Below are positions 20,243-39,570 of a stretch of DNA of 64,000 bases, one piece after another (position 1 is the stretch's first letter; every line of letters starts with the position of its first letter). The stretch is from a phage: the sequence record PZ543597.1, one strand, 5' to 3'. The notes beneath the pieces are model-generated. The model was not told where the DNA came from and made no database searches. It saw only the letters and a list, made by a program, of their open reading frames with translations. Position numbers and translations under genes: made by a program.

Positions 20243-21808
20243 TTAGATACCTTTAACATATACACGGCGGAAGTAAGCATTTTTACCAAGGCTATTCAGA
20301 ATAGAAGGCATACCGCTCTGGATGCGAGAAGCCGGAGCCTGAGCAGCGGATTCTGCAAATGGGTTAATACCGATACCGTAACGAGTTTTGAATCCCATTA
20401 CCGGTTGGAAGTTCTTCGGATCGGAACCACGCAGCGGAGTCAGAGCTACATATGGAGCGTAGTAAATACCAGCATCCATTTCGTTCGGACCTTTATAACC
20501 TACAGTGAAATAATCCTGTTTAGCATACTGGTCGATATATACACGGTATTTACCACCCAGAACACCAGCAAATACTGACTTGGTAGTATCAGTGTTAAAG
20601 CCGGTAGCCAGACCCTGTGCAGCATAAGAAATGCCGGTATCAACTGAAGCCAGAACGTTAACTACGTTACGGGAAGCGATAATGAAGTTACCTTCGCCGC
20701 GACCAGTCTGACGAGCAATTTCAACTGCTTCTTTGTCAATCTGGAACAACAGAGCTTTAAAGGATTCACCTGCCCAGCGAGCACCACGAATATCGATTGG
20801 GTCCTGGAAGTCAAATACACCAGCTTTAGAACCCGGAGTCAGGGTCATACCAGATTTACCAACCTGAGCGGAGTAGTTAATCCAATCAACAACTTCACGG
20901 TTGATTTCCAGCATGATTTCGGTAGCCAGAATACCAGACAGTTCAGCATCAGCATCCATACCGTGAACAGCGCGGAGGTCTTGTGCTAATTCGATAGAGT
21001 AAGCAGCTTTCAGCTGACGAGATTTAGCTTCGATAACTTGTTTATCGATACGGAAGCCCATTTCATTCCATGGGTTATCGGTAGAACCGTTGAAACCTTC
21101 CTGGAGTTCAGCGATAGAAGTAGCCATACCTTCAGCGATTTCTACCAGTACACCAGCTTCCATTTGTTTCTTAATTTCTGCATCTAATTTAGCTGCGTCA
21201 GATGCACCAGCATCGATTGTTACTACAGCAGAAGCCTGCAGATACACAGTACCAGTTTCCTGGAAGAAGTGAGTATAGATATCACCTACAACGGTTTGTG
21301 TGCTAGCAGCCAGAGCTGGGAATTTCTTAGCAGCACCCTGACCAGAGAACATTGCATCTGGACCATACATTGGGTGGAATGCTTCTTTAGCGCCGGCAGC
21401 GATTGGGTCTTTACCATATACTGCGCGCAGTGCGAATACCTGACCAGTTGGGCTGTTCATCGGCTGAACACCGCAAATATCGAAAGCAATCAGGTTAGGA
21501 ATAGCACGACGTACCATACCCATAACAGCTGGGCCAATCTGAGTTACTGCGCCAGAAGTCTGACCAGCAGCGATGTTAGTAGCGTTGTAACCGTGGTCAC
21601 CACCGATTTCAGCTTCTGTTAAGAAAGAACCGAATGCCTGAGCAATTTTTTCGTCTTTGTACTCTGGAGCTGTCTGGAAATCTTTTTCCTGGTTTTCAAA
21701 GATTTTAGCGATAATCGCTTGTTTGCTATTAGCAATTTCCGGTAAACCTTCACCTTCCAGTAATGGCTTCCATTTGTTCAAAAGTTCAGCTTTAGTTTTG
21801 ATAGTCAT
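20243..21808 (-). CDS. 23: major capsid protein gp23
   Basis: 521-aa ORF, length and order as T4 gp23. Confidence 0.95.
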   Translation of the reverse strand: MTIKTKAELLNKWKPLLEGEGLPEIANSKQAIIAKIFENQEKDFQTAPEYKDEKIAQAFGSFLTEAEIGGDHGYNATNIAAGQTSGAVTQIGPAVMGMVRRAIPNLIAFDICGVQPMNSPTGQVFALRAVYGKDPIAAGAKEAFHPMYGPDAMFSGQGAAKKFPALAASTQTVVGDIYTHFFQETGTVYLQASAVVTIDAGASDAAKLDAEIKKQMEAGVLVEIAEGMATSIAELQEGFNGSTDNPWNEMGFRIDKQVIEAKSRQLKAAYSIELAQDLRAVHGMDADAELSGILATEIMLEINREVVDWINYSAQVGKSGMTLTPGSKAGVFDFQDPIDIRGARWAGESFKALLFQIDKEAVEIARQTGRGEGNFIIASRNVVNVLASVDTGISYAAQGLATGFNTDTTKSVFAGVLGGKYRVYIDQYAKQDYFTVGYKGPNEMDAGIYYAPYVALTPLRGSDPKNFQPVMGFKTRYGIGINPFAESAAQAPASRIQSGMPSILNSLGKNAYFRRVYVKGI

Positions 21809-21826
21809 TTGTGTTAACCTTTAAAA

Positions 21827-22636
21827 TTAGAAACGAGATGCGACTTTCGCATATACACTTACAATATCTTCTGCACCAGGTGCAGCTTTATCTTCTACAG
21901 CTTCAGTGACGAAATTCAGTCCGGCTGCTTCAGTATCAGGAGTATTTATACTCTCAGTAATAGTGCTTTCATCTTTATTAGATTTCTTCACCATTTCTAC
22001 GATTGCACTCAATTTACTTGAGAATGCATCTGAATAATCCATACCTTCGACCAGAGCAGAGACTTTTTCTTTTTGAGACTCAGTCAGATCTTTAGTACTT
22101 TCGCTCAATGCCACTTCACGCTGCACATAATTGATATATGCGTCACGCTTATTGAGTTCTTCGAACAGACGAGCTGATTCTTCTTTATGTTCTTGCAGTT
22201 CTTCTTCCATTTCAGCTACAACATCAACTGATTCTTCTGGAACAACAACGTTGTGTTCAACAAAGAGCTCTTTCAATCCACCAAGCATGGATTCAAACAG
22301 TTCGGCTTTGATACCTTTATCTACTGCTAATTTATTTTCAGTGAGCCATTCTTTTGCAAGATGGTCAAGGAATTTAGAAGCTTGCTCAGCGATTTTCTTC
22401 TCAGCTTTTTCTTCTGCTTCTTCTTTATTTTTTTCTACTTCTTCTTCTGCTTTTTCAGCAATTTTAGCGATATGAGATTCAGCTAATTTAACGGCGTGCT
22501 GCTTGACGGTAGCTTCGAATACAGTGCCGAAAGTTTCTTTTGCTTCCGGAGAAATATTAACTGATTCGAAAATACTATCAAGAGCAACGGAAGCATCAAT
22601 TTTTTGCGCTTCAGCAATCAGTTGTTCTTTAAGCAT
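21827..22636 (-). CDS. 22: prohead core scaffold protein gp22
   Basis: 269-aa ORF, highly acidic/coiled, length and order as T4 gp22. Confidence 0.9.
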   Translation of the reverse strand: MLKEQLIAEAQKIDASVALDSIFESVNISPEAKETFGTVFEATVKQHAVKLAESHIAKIAEKAEEEVEKNKEEAEEKAEKKIAEQASKFLDHLAKEWLTENKLAVDKGIKAELFESMLGGLKELFVEHNVVVPEESVDVVAEMEEELQEHKEESARLFEELNKRDAYINYVQREVALSESTKDLTESQKEKVSALVEGMDYSDAFSSKLSAIVEMVKKSNKDESTITESINTPDTEAAGLNFVTEAVEDKAAPGAEDIVSVYAKVASRF

Positions 22637-22666
22637 TTTGTAGTCCTGTTGTTTAGATAATAATAT

Positions 22667-23305
22667 TTATAACGCTTTTTTCATGGCCTCTGCGAGAGCC
22701 ATATAGGCGTCATCGGCACTTGTATCGGCTTCCGCCGTCTGTGATTCGGTAATTTCCTTAGGAGTTACCCATGCATCTGGAGCACTTGGACCCCATACTG
22801 CATCAACACCTACAGTTAATTTGAATCCTTCGTTTACGATACGATAACCTTTATTTGTGTCAGTCAATGAACCTAATCCACGAGAAGAAACTCCTGGAAT
22901 CCATCCGGCACGAATATTAGCTGCTAATTTATCTCCAGGACCATGGTCACCTTCAATAACACGAGCTCGTCCGTATACGTCATTTCCTTTCCACCACATA
23001 TCTTCTATAATGATAGCGGCTTGCATCGGGTCAACATTAGCGCGTGGAGGATGATTTAATTCTCCGAGAGCTTGTTTAGTTAAAACTTGCTCATTAATAT
23101 AGTCTTTTACCGCTTTTTCTAATATGCGTTTTGGATAAAGACGTTTATTTCTATTGACGACTTCTGCTTGCATGAATATTCCTTCGATGTATAAACCCGG
23201 TTTTAAACCTAAGTTTTTTCCATCGTGGGATTCAAGCATTGGCACACCATCAATAATTTCGCCAGGTTGACCCCAAGTTTCAATTAGTAATTGGGGTTCA
23301 TTCAT
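22667..23305 (-). CDS. 21: prohead core protease gp21
   Basis: 212-aa ORF, length and order as T4 gp21. Confidence 0.9.
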   Translation of the reverse strand: MNEPQLLIETWGQPGEIIDGVPMLESHDGKNLGLKPGLYIEGIFMQAEVVNRNKRLYPKRILEKAVKDYINEQVLTKQALGELNHPPRANVDPMQAAIIIEDMWWKGNDVYGRARVIEGDHGPGDKLAANIRAGWIPGVSSRGLGSLTDTNKGYRIVNEGFKLTVGVDAVWGPSAPDAWVTPKEITESQTAEADTSADDAYMALAEAMKKAL

Positions 23306-23730
23306 TAGCTTAATCCTAATGCTTTACGGCGTTTAAGAGCTTTTTTACGCTTACGCTGAGCACGAGATTGACCTGCTGGATTGGCAATCTTCGTTTTGGT
23401 AGCTTTGCGAGCAATTTGTCTACGTTTTGCTTTAGACAGCCCAGTGGTTTGAAATGCATTACGTTCGCGTGTTTTGCGGTCTTTAGTACGTGTAATTTCA
23501 CCACGAGCTGAAACGTGCTTAACAATGAATTCATTTAACGGCATATTTTCATTAATAGAAGCTAATGCAACTGCTAAATCAGTTTCATCATCAAGCATAT
23601 TCTCGACAATTGTATTTATATCGTCTTTATTTAAAGCAGAAGACAATTCGTCAAAGCGACCCTGTGCTTCAGGAATAAGTGCTTCGACATTCTCGAGAAC
23701 TAATTCATGAGTTTCAGGGATCAGAAGCAT
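23305..23730 (-). CDS. 68: prohead core protein gp68
   Basis: 141-aa ORF with basic C-terminus, order as T4. Confidence 0.8.
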
Positions 23731-23977
23731 TATTCATCATCCTCGTCTTCGTCATCTTCGTCAGAGTCTTTGTCTTTTTTGTCGTCTTTATCATCACCAT
23801 CTTCGTCTTCGTCATCATCCTCGTCTTCAGGTTCTTCACCTTCGATTAAGAAATTACGAGCGATAGCGATTTTTTCTTCTTTAATTAAATCAATCGTTCT
23901 TGCAGCCATGGCTTCAGCAAATAATTTACGAGCGGCTACGAGGTCGTTTGATTTAATAGCTTCAATTAAACCTTCCA

Positions 23978-23978
<1 letters not shown>
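23730..23978 (-). CDS. 67: prohead core protein gp67 (poly-acidic C-terminus)
   Basis: 82-aa ORF ending in a D/E-rich tract; order as T4. Confidence 0.8.
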
Positions 23979-25603
<1,625 letters not shown>

Positions 25604-25635
25604 TTAAGCAGGATGGGGATTTCTCCCCATTCATT

Positions 25636-26127
25636 TTATTCCCAATAATCGAGAGCGAGAGTTACTTCAAAGGTTTGGATTTCATTGTTTGAATCCCAAT
25701 CTAATTGAAGTTCACCCACGTTAGTAGGCCACAGGCCTTTAATTTCGACTTCTTTTGTTACAGTTTTAGCGTCACGAGCATATTGACGAACAACAGCACT
25801 CTTTTTATACTCTGCTGGTTTTCCACCAGTAATTTCGTTTCCTTGTCCAGCAGCAATGCTTTGCCAGTCAACAAACTTCTGGCGTGCATCATGCGCCTCA
25901 TCATTCATTACTGTAATAGTCCAATCATCGAATGTACGATCGCCTGCTACGTTAATTTTACGGTTCATAAATCCGACTGGAATTTTTTCTACAATACCAG
26001 CTGGTAAAGCAGTGGCTTTGCATTGAAACGTAAAATTTTGTCCAAGATAAGAAATTTCTACTTGGAATAAGTTAGGTCGAGCAAAATCACCAGATTCAAA
26101 CGCTCGTGTTACATCATCTACAAACAT
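25636..26127 (-). CDS. 19: tail tube protein gp19
   Basis: 163-aa ORF, length and order as T4 gp19. Confidence 0.9.
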   Translation of the reverse strand: MFVDDVTRAFESGDFARPNLFQVEISYLGQNFTFQCKATALPAGIVEKIPVGFMNRKINVAGDRTFDDWTITVMNDEAHDARQKFVDWQSIAAGQGNEITGGKPAEYKKSAVVRQYARDAKTVTKEVEIKGLWPTNVGELQLDWDSNNEIQTFEVTLALDYWE

Positions 26128-26243
26128 ATTAGCCTCTGTAGTATTTATATCCCTATGTTTAACCTAGGGCATATAGAATTAAAGAATTAAGGATATAGTG
26201 TATTTATATGGCCTGCCGAAACAGGCCTTTAGAATGCACCGTA

Positions 26244-28223
26244 TTAACCTGCAAGACCAGTTAACTCATCGAAATCTGCACCAGTAGCAGTTGCTACGAA
26301 GTTCAAGGTAATGTAGTTAATGCTTCTAGCCGGTTGGATGTAGAATGTTGCAACAAACTCATTTCTATCAATTACTGACGGAGTGTTATTTGTTGTATCG
26401 CAAACTACACGATATTCATAAATTCCACCGAGAGCTTTAATTCCCTGTAAGTATTGGGCAGTTTCTGTGCGGAATGATGAACGAGTAAACGCGTTGTTTA
26501 ATTCGAACAAACGATATTTTGAACTACGTCCGATATTCGTTTTCAACATATTAAACAGACGACGAACGTTAATACGATCAAATGGAGAAGGAACAGAAGT
26601 AGCTGTTTTATCACCATATAATACGTAACCATCACCACCTGTACCAGTTACTGGGTTGATAGCTTCTTGGTATAAACGGTCGCGCTGAGCTTGGCGAGTT
26701 TCAATAGCAAGTTTAATAACGTTAAGAATCTGACCGCGATTATAACCAGCTGGAGACATCCAAGTCTGAGAAACGTTATCGGTTCTTGCACATAAACCGG
26801 CAATATCAGCTGCTAATGGAACCCAGCGATTTACATCATTATATTTGTCATACTGATATTTGTAGTTACCATCAATTGCTGCATAGGTTGAACTGATATT
26901 AAAGTTATTATCAGTGTATGAACCTGCTGCGGTTCTCCAATTGACTAAGTTATCAACAGCACGAGTTACAGGAATTCCAACTACAGTTTCACGCGGTGGT
27001 GAGCACAATACTAAGCAATCTTGGCGTGCATCCCCAATTGAAACGACGTGTTTTTGGACAGTAGATGCTGTTTCTAAAGATTCACCGGCGCAAGAACCAG
27101 CAATAAACAACTGAACATCAACAGATTCACGGTCAGCAAAGAAGTCCCAAGCTTCCATCAAATCTCCTGCTGTGACCTCAGAATTTGATGATAATCCACC
27201 AGACAGAGTTAAAATTCCAGAGAAGCCTTCTGGCCAGTTTTGTGCAGTTGCAAAAATATATTCTGAACCGCCTTTTGCGAAAAAGTCATCAATATAGATG
27301 TTACTATCATAAATGTCTTTTTCACCACGCTTTGTTGAAAGAACAATACTTTGAACAATAGCATCATTACGGCGAACTATAATAGCGTATTGTGAATCAG
27401 TTTGCGGTCCATATCCAAACACTGCCTTAGCAGTAGATGCGCGTGTTCCGCCACCTGGATAAATTGGGAGTAATGCAGAAGCTCCTTTTGCGTAGTCAGC
27501 TTTAGATACGATTTCGATTTCGATTTTATCGCCCAACTCGCCTGGATAAAGAGCTACTACTCCTGGAATTCCATATTTTTCGAGATTTGCTTGAAAGTCA
27601 ACCGCTGTCATAGCAGCTTCAGCATTTTCAATTTCAGCTAATAAAATACCGGAATCAGTAATAATTTTTCCGAGAGTTATTACTGCAGCTAAGCCAGATG
27701 AAGACGAAGAAATTTCCGCGGTCCAGTTAGAACCTAGTTCTGGATATTCACCGACTTCTTTCGCTTTAGCGATAATTTTTGCGGTAGGAATATTAATTTT
27801 CTTAATTTTTCCATCAGCATCTACTTCGGTAATTTTACCCTCTGTTTCAACATCTTCTGAAACATACTTAACTGTGATTTTATCTCCAACCGCGTAGTTA
27901 CTACCTGGGGTAGAAATAGTGTATTCAATATTACCAGCAATCGGAGATGAGTTTTTAGCGGTATCTCTATCGACAGCACGCACAACTCGCAAATCATTTC
28001 CATATTGTAAGAAATTCATTGCAGACATAAAATAATCAGCAGTTTCAGCTGTAGGTTGACCAAAAGTATTAACTAAATCTACTTCATTTGTAACCTGTTT
28101 AATCTGAAAAGCAGGACCCCACTGGAATTTACCGGCCAAAGCTGCTGTACCAGTAGAGTTATTAACCACGGTGCTTTGAACCGTAGTTTCTTTGAGCTCA
28201 ATGCCCGGAGATAATAAAGTCAT
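26244..28223 (-). CDS. 18: tail sheath protein gp18
   Basis: 659-aa ORF, length and order as T4 gp18. Confidence 0.95.
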   Translation of the reverse strand: MTLLSPGIELKETTVQSTVVNNSTGTAALAGKFQWGPAFQIKQVTNEVDLVNTFGQPTAETADYFMSAMNFLQYGNDLRVVRAVDRDTAKNSSPIAGNIEYTISTPGSNYAVGDKITVKYVSEDVETEGKITEVDADGKIKKINIPTAKIIAKAKEVGEYPELGSNWTAEISSSSSGLAAVITLGKIITDSGILLAEIENAEAAMTAVDFQANLEKYGIPGVVALYPGELGDKIEIEIVSKADYAKGASALLPIYPGGGTRASTAKAVFGYGPQTDSQYAIIVRRNDAIVQSIVLSTKRGEKDIYDSNIYIDDFFAKGGSEYIFATAQNWPEGFSGILTLSGGLSSNSEVTAGDLMEAWDFFADRESVDVQLFIAGSCAGESLETASTVQKHVVSIGDARQDCLVLCSPPRETVVGIPVTRAVDNLVNWRTAAGSYTDNNFNISSTYAAIDGNYKYQYDKYNDVNRWVPLAADIAGLCARTDNVSQTWMSPAGYNRGQILNVIKLAIETRQAQRDRLYQEAINPVTGTGGDGYVLYGDKTATSVPSPFDRINVRRLFNMLKTNIGRSSKYRLFELNNAFTRSSFRTETAQYLQGIKALGGIYEYRVVCDTTNNTPSVIDRNEFVATFYIQPARSINYITLNFVATATGADFDELTGLAG

Positions 28224-28254
28224 TTTTAATCCTCTTTAATATGCTTTAATATAT

Positions 28255-31392
<3,138 letters not shown>

Positions 31393-31433
31393 GATTTCTC
31401 CTAATCTGGGCTTTAATTAGTTTATAATATTTA

Positions 31434-33135
<1,702 letters not shown>

Positions 33136-33166
33136 TTAAAATCCTTTGGGGCCTTGCGGCCCCATG

Positions 33167-34624
33167 TTATGCTGGTGATAAAAAGGTAGAAAGTAGTACC
33201 CATTCGCCGTCTTTACGAACGTAAGCTTGGCCATCTTTTGGAGCTTCAGGAATATAACCTGCTTCTTGTAGAGCTTGAACGCTGCTCTGTAAAGAGGATA
33301 TATTGTCTTTAGCTGTATTTACTTCATGTGTGACTGCCGCAATGTTAGTTTCATTCGTTTTTATAGAATTAGTTAATCCTCGTTCTTCAACAGTTGATCC
33401 GTCAGGATTATTTCCATTTATAAGTGAAGTAAGTTCAATAACTTGACCTTTAATTCCTGTTCTATTATTTCCTATTTCAACTTGTATATTTTGAACATTA
33501 TTGTTTAAAACTGAAACTTCTCCTTCAAGCACTGAAACTTTATTTAATAGAGATCCAGAAGGAGACGGTTGTCCTCCGCTGGAGTCAGTTCCAACAATTT
33601 GATTTAACCACGAAACATTCGCTCTTAAACCAGACGAAGTGTTTTCACCAACAATTCCGTTTAAAGACTCAATAGAAGTTGTGTGATTTTTAATTTTTCC
33701 TTTAATACTAGAAGGAATATCATCTGAACCTATAGAAGTTTCAATAGCCGTTAAGCGCTGTTTAACACCTTCACTCTGATTTAATTCATTATTAATAGCT
33801 TCAATGCTACTTTTGTTATTATTAATTTCTGTTATTATAGAAACATTTTCTGGGTATCCAATAGAAGATTTAATTTCTGCTATATCAGAAATTATTAAAG
33901 TTTGTTTATCATCTATGGTGTTTAATCTATTATAAATATTTGGCCCAAAATCTACTGGTTTATTACCAAGTTCATCACGTAATTTACCAACTTCAACAGT
34001 TAATGATCCTACGTCAGATTCAGTAAATTTATTTTCTAATTCACTTAAACGACTGCCTTGTGAAGATAATAATGTACTATTTGTTATTATTCTGTGTTTC
34101 ATTCCTGTGCTAGCATTACCAACAACAGGAAGACCGTTAATGTCTTGGCCAGAATATTGTCCTAATTCCTGTTTAATCCACAATAAATCATTTCTAATTG
34201 TTCTATAAACAGAGTTTTCTTCATCATTAAATGGACCTATATCAGCAATAATTTTGTCAACTGTATTATTAGTTCCAGTTAATATATCAGTGTGTTCACT
34301 GGTAAGTGTCTTTAAATTCGATATGTCATTTTTATTAACACTGATCTGCGATAGTGCTTCTATATCTCCTGATACATCTAAAACTCCTTGAATTGTTTTA
34401 ATATCTTTCTGTGATGTTTCAATGGCAGTTTTAAGAATTCCCACATTTTCATCAAGAACTTCGACGTTTTTAAACACGGAAACAATTGGTCTATTCATTG
34501 ATCCATCATTTCCATACTTAGTACTAGCTCCTAATATTTCTTCACCATTTTTAATCCATGAAATACGTTCCTGACCTTCGTCAGGAACGCTATCAACAAA
34601 AGGTAACTCTTTTAATTCAATCAT
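33167..34624 (-). CDS. wac: fibritin (whisker antigen control)
   Basis: 485-aa coiled-coil ORF ending in the foldon [27 protein letters not shown]. Confidence 0.95.
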   Translation of the reverse strand: MIELKELPFVDSVPDEGQERISWIKNGEEILGASTKYGNDGSMNRPIVSVFKNVEVLDENVGILKTAIETSQKDIKTIQGVLDVSGDIEALSQISVNKNDISNLKTLTSEHTDILTGTNNTVDKIIADIGPFNDEENSVYRTIRNDLLWIKQELGQYSGQDINGLPVVGNASTGMKHRIITNSTLLSSQGSRLSELENKFTESDVGSLTVEVGKLRDELGNKPVDFGPNIYNRLNTIDDKQTLIISDIAEIKSSIGYPENVSIITEINNNKSSIEAINNELNQSEGVKQRLTAIETSIGSDDIPSSIKGKIKNHTTSIESLNGIVGENTSSGLRANVSWLNQIVGTDSSGGQPSPSGSLLNKVSVLEGEVSVLNNNVQNIQVEIGNNRTGIKGQVIELTSLINGNNPDGSTVEERGLTNSIKTNETNIAAVTHEVNTAKDNISSLQSSVQALQEAGYIPEAPKDGQAYVRKDGEWVLLSTFLSPA

Positions 34625-34633
34625 TTGTAATCC

Positions 34634-36184
34634 TTAGTAATGAACTTTAATAATATAGTTTAATGATATATTCCATGGTCTAGTTTCATAACCAATTAAT
34701 CCTTCACGATTAAGTGTACCATGAGCATCTCTCGGTCCACCTAATTCAAATCCATCATTAGTGAAGTATGAAGCATTATCCCAGTCGGAATATTTTCTAG
34801 TTCCAAGATATCCTTGATAAACTGACGCGCCAAATGGGCCTTCACTTCTGTTATATTCACCCCAACCACCAGCATGTTTATGGTATGACATTTGTTGTGC
34901 CTGAACACCACCAACATGCATTCCGTCACATCCTACGCCCAGTCTATCCTTTCCATAGCCATCTTGTCCACGTTGATTTAAAATATGACCGCCTGTGCCG
35001 GCTCCTCTGACGAAAAGACCCCGCATATCAGGAACGCCAGGATTATTCCAATCGCCACCAAATCTTGTTCCAACTACGTTTCTATAATCAGGAAATTGGT
35101 CACCTGACACGGTTCCACCATGACACATAATCCAACCTGGAGGTGCTGAATCACCCGCAAACATCATAATAGTTCCAACCGGAACTCGTTCGGACGCATA
35201 TCTTTCAGTGGCAACAGGTTGATCGCCATTTTTCCACATTCCACCGCGTGACCAAATTCCATTTGCTGTAAGATGGTCTAAATTTAAAGAACCATTAATA
35301 GTTTGTCCACCACGAGTATTAATTACATCTGCGTTCCATGCTAATGCTCCAGAGCTATCACCTTCAGGGGCAATACCGGCTTGCGTCGTTAATTTAACTA
35401 CTCCACGCATAGAACCGGTAGCTCCTCGACCATTTAGTGTTTCACCTGTTACTGCAACACCACCCAAATTATTATTAATTTCAGTCTGCGTTCCTAGGCG
35501 TATAACACCCTTATATTCATGTGTTGCAACAGAATTCATAAAGGTATACGGGGAAATTGCATATCCTTCGCGGAGAGTTCCTTGACGAATTTGTGCAACA
35601 GTAGATAATTGAACTACTCCTCTCACCGATTCTGTTGCAGTGTCTTCTGAAGGAGCTATTTGCGAAATTAATTTTATTGCAAGTTTTTGGGTTTTTAGCG
35701 GAGTCATCGCAGTAGTATCATCAACTCCAGCCAAAGCTGCAGGTGTAGATGATATTTTAATAACCCCGTTTGATGACTCAGACGAATATCTATTTTTGAA
35801 CACATCGTCAGTGTGGTATTTCAGTTTTTGTGGTGTTATTGATGAATTATTATCTGAGCCTTTTAATGTTTCTTCATTTGTTGAATAACGCGTTAAACCA
35901 TATTTAGTTTCAGTAGCATTTGGATACAATAATCTTGTTGCTAATGTAGCTGGTGTAACGATTTTAGAATTATTAGTTCCATCTAAAACCTCTTGCTCTG
36001 ACGCAATCATTGCTATTCCTTTAACTTCCATAGTTGCATCAGGAATACCATTTACGCCGATATTACTTATTTTTGATAATGCAGACTGTACTGTCGTAAC
36101 AGTGCCAGGAAAATTCGATCCAGTAGGATCGAATTTAACATATTTTGATTCATTTGATACGTGCTGATATGTATTGTTACTCAT
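34634..36184 (-). CDS. 12: short tail fibre gp12
   Basis: 516-aa ORF, order as T4. Confidence 0.9.
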   Translation of the reverse strand: MSNNTYQHVSNESKYVKFDPTGSNFPGTVTTVQSALSKISNIGVNGIPDATMEVKGIAMIASEQEVLDGTNNSKIVTPATLATRLLYPNATETKYGLTRYSTNEETLKGSDNNSSITPQKLKYHTDDVFKNRYSSESSNGVIKISSTPAALAGVDDTTAMTPLKTQKLAIKLISQIAPSEDTATESVRGVVQLSTVAQIRQGTLREGYAISPYTFMNSVATHEYKGVIRLGTQTEINNNLGGVAVTGETLNGRGATGSMRGVVKLTTQAGIAPEGDSSGALAWNADVINTRGGQTINGSLNLDHLTANGIWSRGGMWKNGDQPVATERYASERVPVGTIMMFAGDSAPPGWIMCHGGTVSGDQFPDYRNVVGTRFGGDWNNPGVPDMRGLFVRGAGTGGHILNQRGQDGYGKDRLGVGCDGMHVGGVQAQQMSYHKHAGGWGEYNRSEGPFGASVYQGYLGTRKYSDWDNASYFTNDGFELGGPRDAHGTLNREGLIGYETRPWNISLNYIIKVHY

Positions 36185-36840
36185 GCTACTCTCTCAAAAT
36201 AATAAAATACTGTAGGTTGTGTGTGACTATCTAGCGTAACAGTTTGCGCACCTAATAATTGCCAAGTTCCATACCCAGGTTTAGAAGGAGAAATTATTTC
36301 CTGTTTGAAAGTAATTCCTTTATCAGAGTATTGTTCTAAGATATGTTCTTGGTTATCTAAATACTTAACTTGTATTTTATTTCCTATGGTAGGATGGTCT
36401 TCAAATGAATCAATTGCAATAAATTTTACAACCATTTCCTGTAGAGCTATTCTAACGGCACTAGTAAATTCAATTGAAGTCATTCCATTAGTAGCTTTAA
36501 CTGGAATACCAAACATGTTAACAATAACTGGGTCACCTGATTTGACTGAAGTATCAGTAACAGTTCCTTCAAATGACCAATAGTCGGTTTGTTGCACGCC
36601 AGTAGGAGATACGCCGCTTATATTAACTAATACAGCTCCAACCGGTTGCTCTGCCATATTTCTAACATCATTGATAGCAGATTCTACATTCGGGTCATAA
36701 AAACCTTTTGCTATTTGTGAAATTGTTACAGCGCCTACTGGCTGATTATTCATAACCGAAATATCATTTTTCTTAGTTCTAAAACCAAGAAAATCTGCTA
36801 AGCGGGAAATAACTCCCGCTTTATTATTAAGTAAACTCAT
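36181..36840 (-). CDS. 11: baseplate wedge / short-fibre attachment protein gp11
   Basis: ORF 36181-36858; start set at internal ATG ([10 protein letters not shown]..., 219 aa) overlapping the gp10 stop, as recalled for T4 gp11. Confidence 0.8.
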   Translation of the reverse strand: MSLLNNKAGVISRLADFLGFRTKKNDISVMNNQPVGAVTISQIAKGFYDPNVESAINDVRNMAEQPVGAVLVNISGVSPTGVQQTDYWSFEGTVTDTSVKSGDPVIVNMFGIPVKATNGMTSIEFTSAVRIALQEMVVKFIAIDSFEDHPTIGNKIQVKYLDNQEHILEQYSDKGITFKQEIISPSKPGYGTWQLLGAQTVTLDSHTQPTVFYYFERVA

Positions 36841-38645
36841 TATGCAATCCTTATCCAACGGTATACAGTAATAGACGGTTGAATATTACTAATATTAGTA
36901 GGAGGAGTATGTGAAGAGTTTGTTGTTGCGTAGTCTTCACGATATTTTGTATATATAGGACCAGTTTCGTCTGGGTCATATTGACAACCTCCAATAATAA
37001 CTGATCCGTTTTCATCTTCAATTAAAACTTTTTCATCAGTTTTAGTCGCAGGAAGATTTGCGTTCTCAAGTGTCACCGATGTTGTTCCAACTGTTCCACC
37101 GGCAGTATGTGAAGGATTTCCGCTAGAATCTAAATCATTATTGTTTAAAGCAAAGTTTGGATCCGTAACATCATCATTCCATCCTACTAAAACTTGTCCT
37201 TTACCAAATAATTTCCATGAACCAAATCCCATATAAGTCACCGGATTATTTGGATTTATAGCATTTTCATAAATTGAACCTACAGGATAAATGCTATCGA
37301 AAATAGATGATATTGAATTATACGTTCTAGTATAAGAATCAACTTTTTCAACATTTGGCCAACCGATTTTATCAAAATCTGTTAAGGCTACATCACCAGT
37401 AACTTCGGTAGATGATCCTTTACTAACATAACGGTCATCCGTTAATTCAATGATGTCATCTTTTTCTAAAAGAGTTCCTAAATCATTATTGAACCACGTT
37501 ATAACGATTATATCACCTGATTCAAATTTTCTATCAAATAAAAGACTGACAGGTTTTCCATCTTCATATTCTATAGAATAATCTGTGTTAGATTCTTTCC
37601 ATTCACCACCAAGAGATATACATCCTGCTTGCGTATCTGAGTTAGCACCTTCACACAAAAACAGAGGATATCCTGCTGTTCCAGCTTGTTGTTGTAAAAT
37701 TCCATTAAAACGAACTTCAAGAGAATTAGGATTAATAGGTTCTCCAGGAATTAATCCAAATGCAGAGAATGGAATTGATTTCATTGTTGATAAATCAGTA
37801 ACGTAAATACTTCCTTCTAAAGAAGTTTTTGACGTTAATTTTGAATCTAATACTTTTATTTGGCGTCTTGTATATGAACTTCTCCATTGTGATATACCAT
37901 CCATAAATGTTTCAATTTGAACAGTGTCACCAATATTACAAGGCTGTCTTAACCTAATATTAAATCCATCAAGAGGAATCAATTCTCCTTCATTTTCCCC
38001 AGGAGAGCCAAAGTCACTGTTTTCACTAAATACATCGCCGTAATATAATTCATTACCACGGTGTTTTACTCGGATGTTATTAACATTATAGCTAGTTCCG
38101 CGGAAAACATCTAAAAAGTCTGTTTGTCCTTGAACTTCGACTAAAAATTCTTTACGTGCTACATTACTAATATCTGAACTAATAATTTTGTCAATTTGTT
38201 TGTTTTTGACATATTCCCAACGTCCTGGAGCACAATAAACGAGCTCTAAATCACTAAATTGAATATTAATTTCAACTGACGATGACGACCCTTTAATTGT
38301 ATCCCCAGAAGCAGCTACTAAAGTAACTGGATTAATGTTCCATGTTGCAAATACATCCCTAGCTCTAATTACTTTATTATAATCATTAACAGTTCCTTTA
38401 GGAAGTTGTAAAGTTACTCTTCCAGAAGAGGTATTAATAGCGTATGATTTTCCCCACTTAGCTTTTAATGTTTGACCGGATGAAGCATTATAAGTTTTCC
38501 AGGCACCGGCTGAATATGGAACATCTCCATCGCCAAGTTCATAATAAAGTTCATCAAAGTTTTCATTTATTTTTATACCACCTTTACGCAGGTAGTCACC
38601 GGTACCATCATCAACAACATTACCGATATTAATATTTTGTTTCAT
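36840..38645 (-). CDS. 10: baseplate wedge protein gp10
   Basis: 601-aa ORF, order as T4. Confidence 0.9.
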   Translation of the reverse strand: MKQNINIGNVVDDGTGDYLRKGGIKINENFDELYYELGDGDVPYSAGAWKTYNASSGQTLKAKWGKSYAINTSSGRVTLQLPKGTVNDYNKVIRARDVFATWNINPVTLVAASGDTIKGSSSSVEINIQFSDLELVYCAPGRWEYVKNKQIDKIISSDISNVARKEFLVEVQGQTDFLDVFRGTSYNVNNIRVKHRGNELYYGDVFSENSDFGSPGENEGELIPLDGFNIRLRQPCNIGDTVQIETFMDGISQWRSSYTRRQIKVLDSKLTSKTSLEGSIYVTDLSTMKSIPFSAFGLIPGEPINPNSLEVRFNGILQQQAGTAGYPLFLCEGANSDTQAGCISLGGEWKESNTDYSIEYEDGKPVSLLFDRKFESGDIIVITWFNNDLGTLLEKDDIIELTDDRYVSKGSSTEVTGDVALTDFDKIGWPNVEKVDSYTRTYNSISSIFDSIYPVGSIYENAINPNNPVTYMGFGSWKLFGKGQVLVGWNDDVTDPNFALNNNDLDSSGNPSHTAGGTVGTTSVTLENANLPATKTDEKVLIEDENGSVIIGGCQYDPDETGPIYTKYREDYATTNSSHTPPTNISNIQPSITVYRWIRIA

Positions 38646-39511
38646 TATTGAGCCACCCCGATTTTCTGCGTAGCGATAACTTTAACTGCTGCTCTCATAC
38701 CGACAGTTGAAGAACTTATAGTTGCCGTTACATAATTTTCTTTAATACTAAATGCAATATTAGCGATTTCGTCTTCTTCTGTTTCATTTCCAACCCGCAT
38801 GACAGCATATTCAGAAGAAATGACCGCTGAATTAACAGTATCTACAAGAATATTTATTTCTGCCGTTTTAATTTTTCTTCCATCTACTGATTGGCATGTA
38901 ACTAACAATTTAGCCATGTTATATTCAGTACGATGAAACAATGGAATGTCAACTGACCCAGATGTAGAAATATTCCATGTACCTTCGGCCGGTGATTCCT
39001 TTTGACCAAACATACTTTCAATAGAATAATTCCAAACCGACGTAGAATTATCAGATGAAATACAACGTAAAGTAACTTTACTATATGGACTAGTTACTAC
39101 TAAATTACCTGAAACGCCTTTAATTGAATCAATAGCCTGAATCGTTAAAGGATTAGTAACTGATATTGATCCATTAGAGTTAATGAATTCAACACAATCG
39201 CCAAGTTCTCCTCTTTCAATAATAACTTTAACACCTACAGTAGAGGTATCAATATCATGTCTAGTGCCAACTTTCACTGGAGTTGCGTACTCCGCGATAG
39301 AGTGCTTTTGATAATATCCAGTAGCATGGATAATTTGACCATCTGCTCCAGTGCCATTTGCTACTGCCATTTTACGCTGATCGCCAAACGCATTATAAAT
39401 TGCGTTAAAATCACTATTAATTTTATTACCACCGTCGAATAAGATATCACCAGTAGAAGCGTTACCAATTTCGCCGGTATCAATCAATTTCTTTGGTTCT
39501 TGAATGAACAT
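38645..39511 (-). CDS. 9: baseplate wedge / long tail fibre socket gp9
   Basis: 288-aa ORF, order as T4. Confidence 0.9.
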   Translation of the reverse strand: MFIQEPKKLIDTGEIGNASTGDILFDGGNKINSDFNAIYNAFGDQRKMAVANGTGADGQIIHATGYYQKHSIAEYATPVKVGTRHDIDTSTVGVKVIIERGELGDCVEFINSNGSISVTNPLTIQAIDSIKGVSGNLVVTSPYSKVTLRCISSDNSTSVWNYSIESMFGQKESPAEGTWNISTSGSVDIPLFHRTEYNMAKLLVTCQSVDGRKIKTAEINILVDTVNSAVISSEYAVMRVGNETEEDEIANIAFSIKENYVTATISSSTVGMRAAVKVIATQKIGVAQ

Positions 39512-39540
39512 AGCGGTTTCCTTATGAGTTTATAGTATTT

Positions 39541-39570
39541 ATAAAGAAAAAGGGAGCCCATGGGCTCCCT
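39541..39570 (-). terminator. terminator hairpin between genes 8 and 9
   Basis: agggagccca-tgggctccct palindrome followed on the minus strand by a U-rich tract. Confidence 0.55.

Noticed and set aside
33140-33166. GGGGCC-TTGC-GGCCCC hairpin between wac and gene 13 as a terminator
   Set aside because: There is no U-rich tract on either strand adjacent to the stem; more likely an RNA-stabilising or processing stem-loop, so it is not annotated as a terminator.
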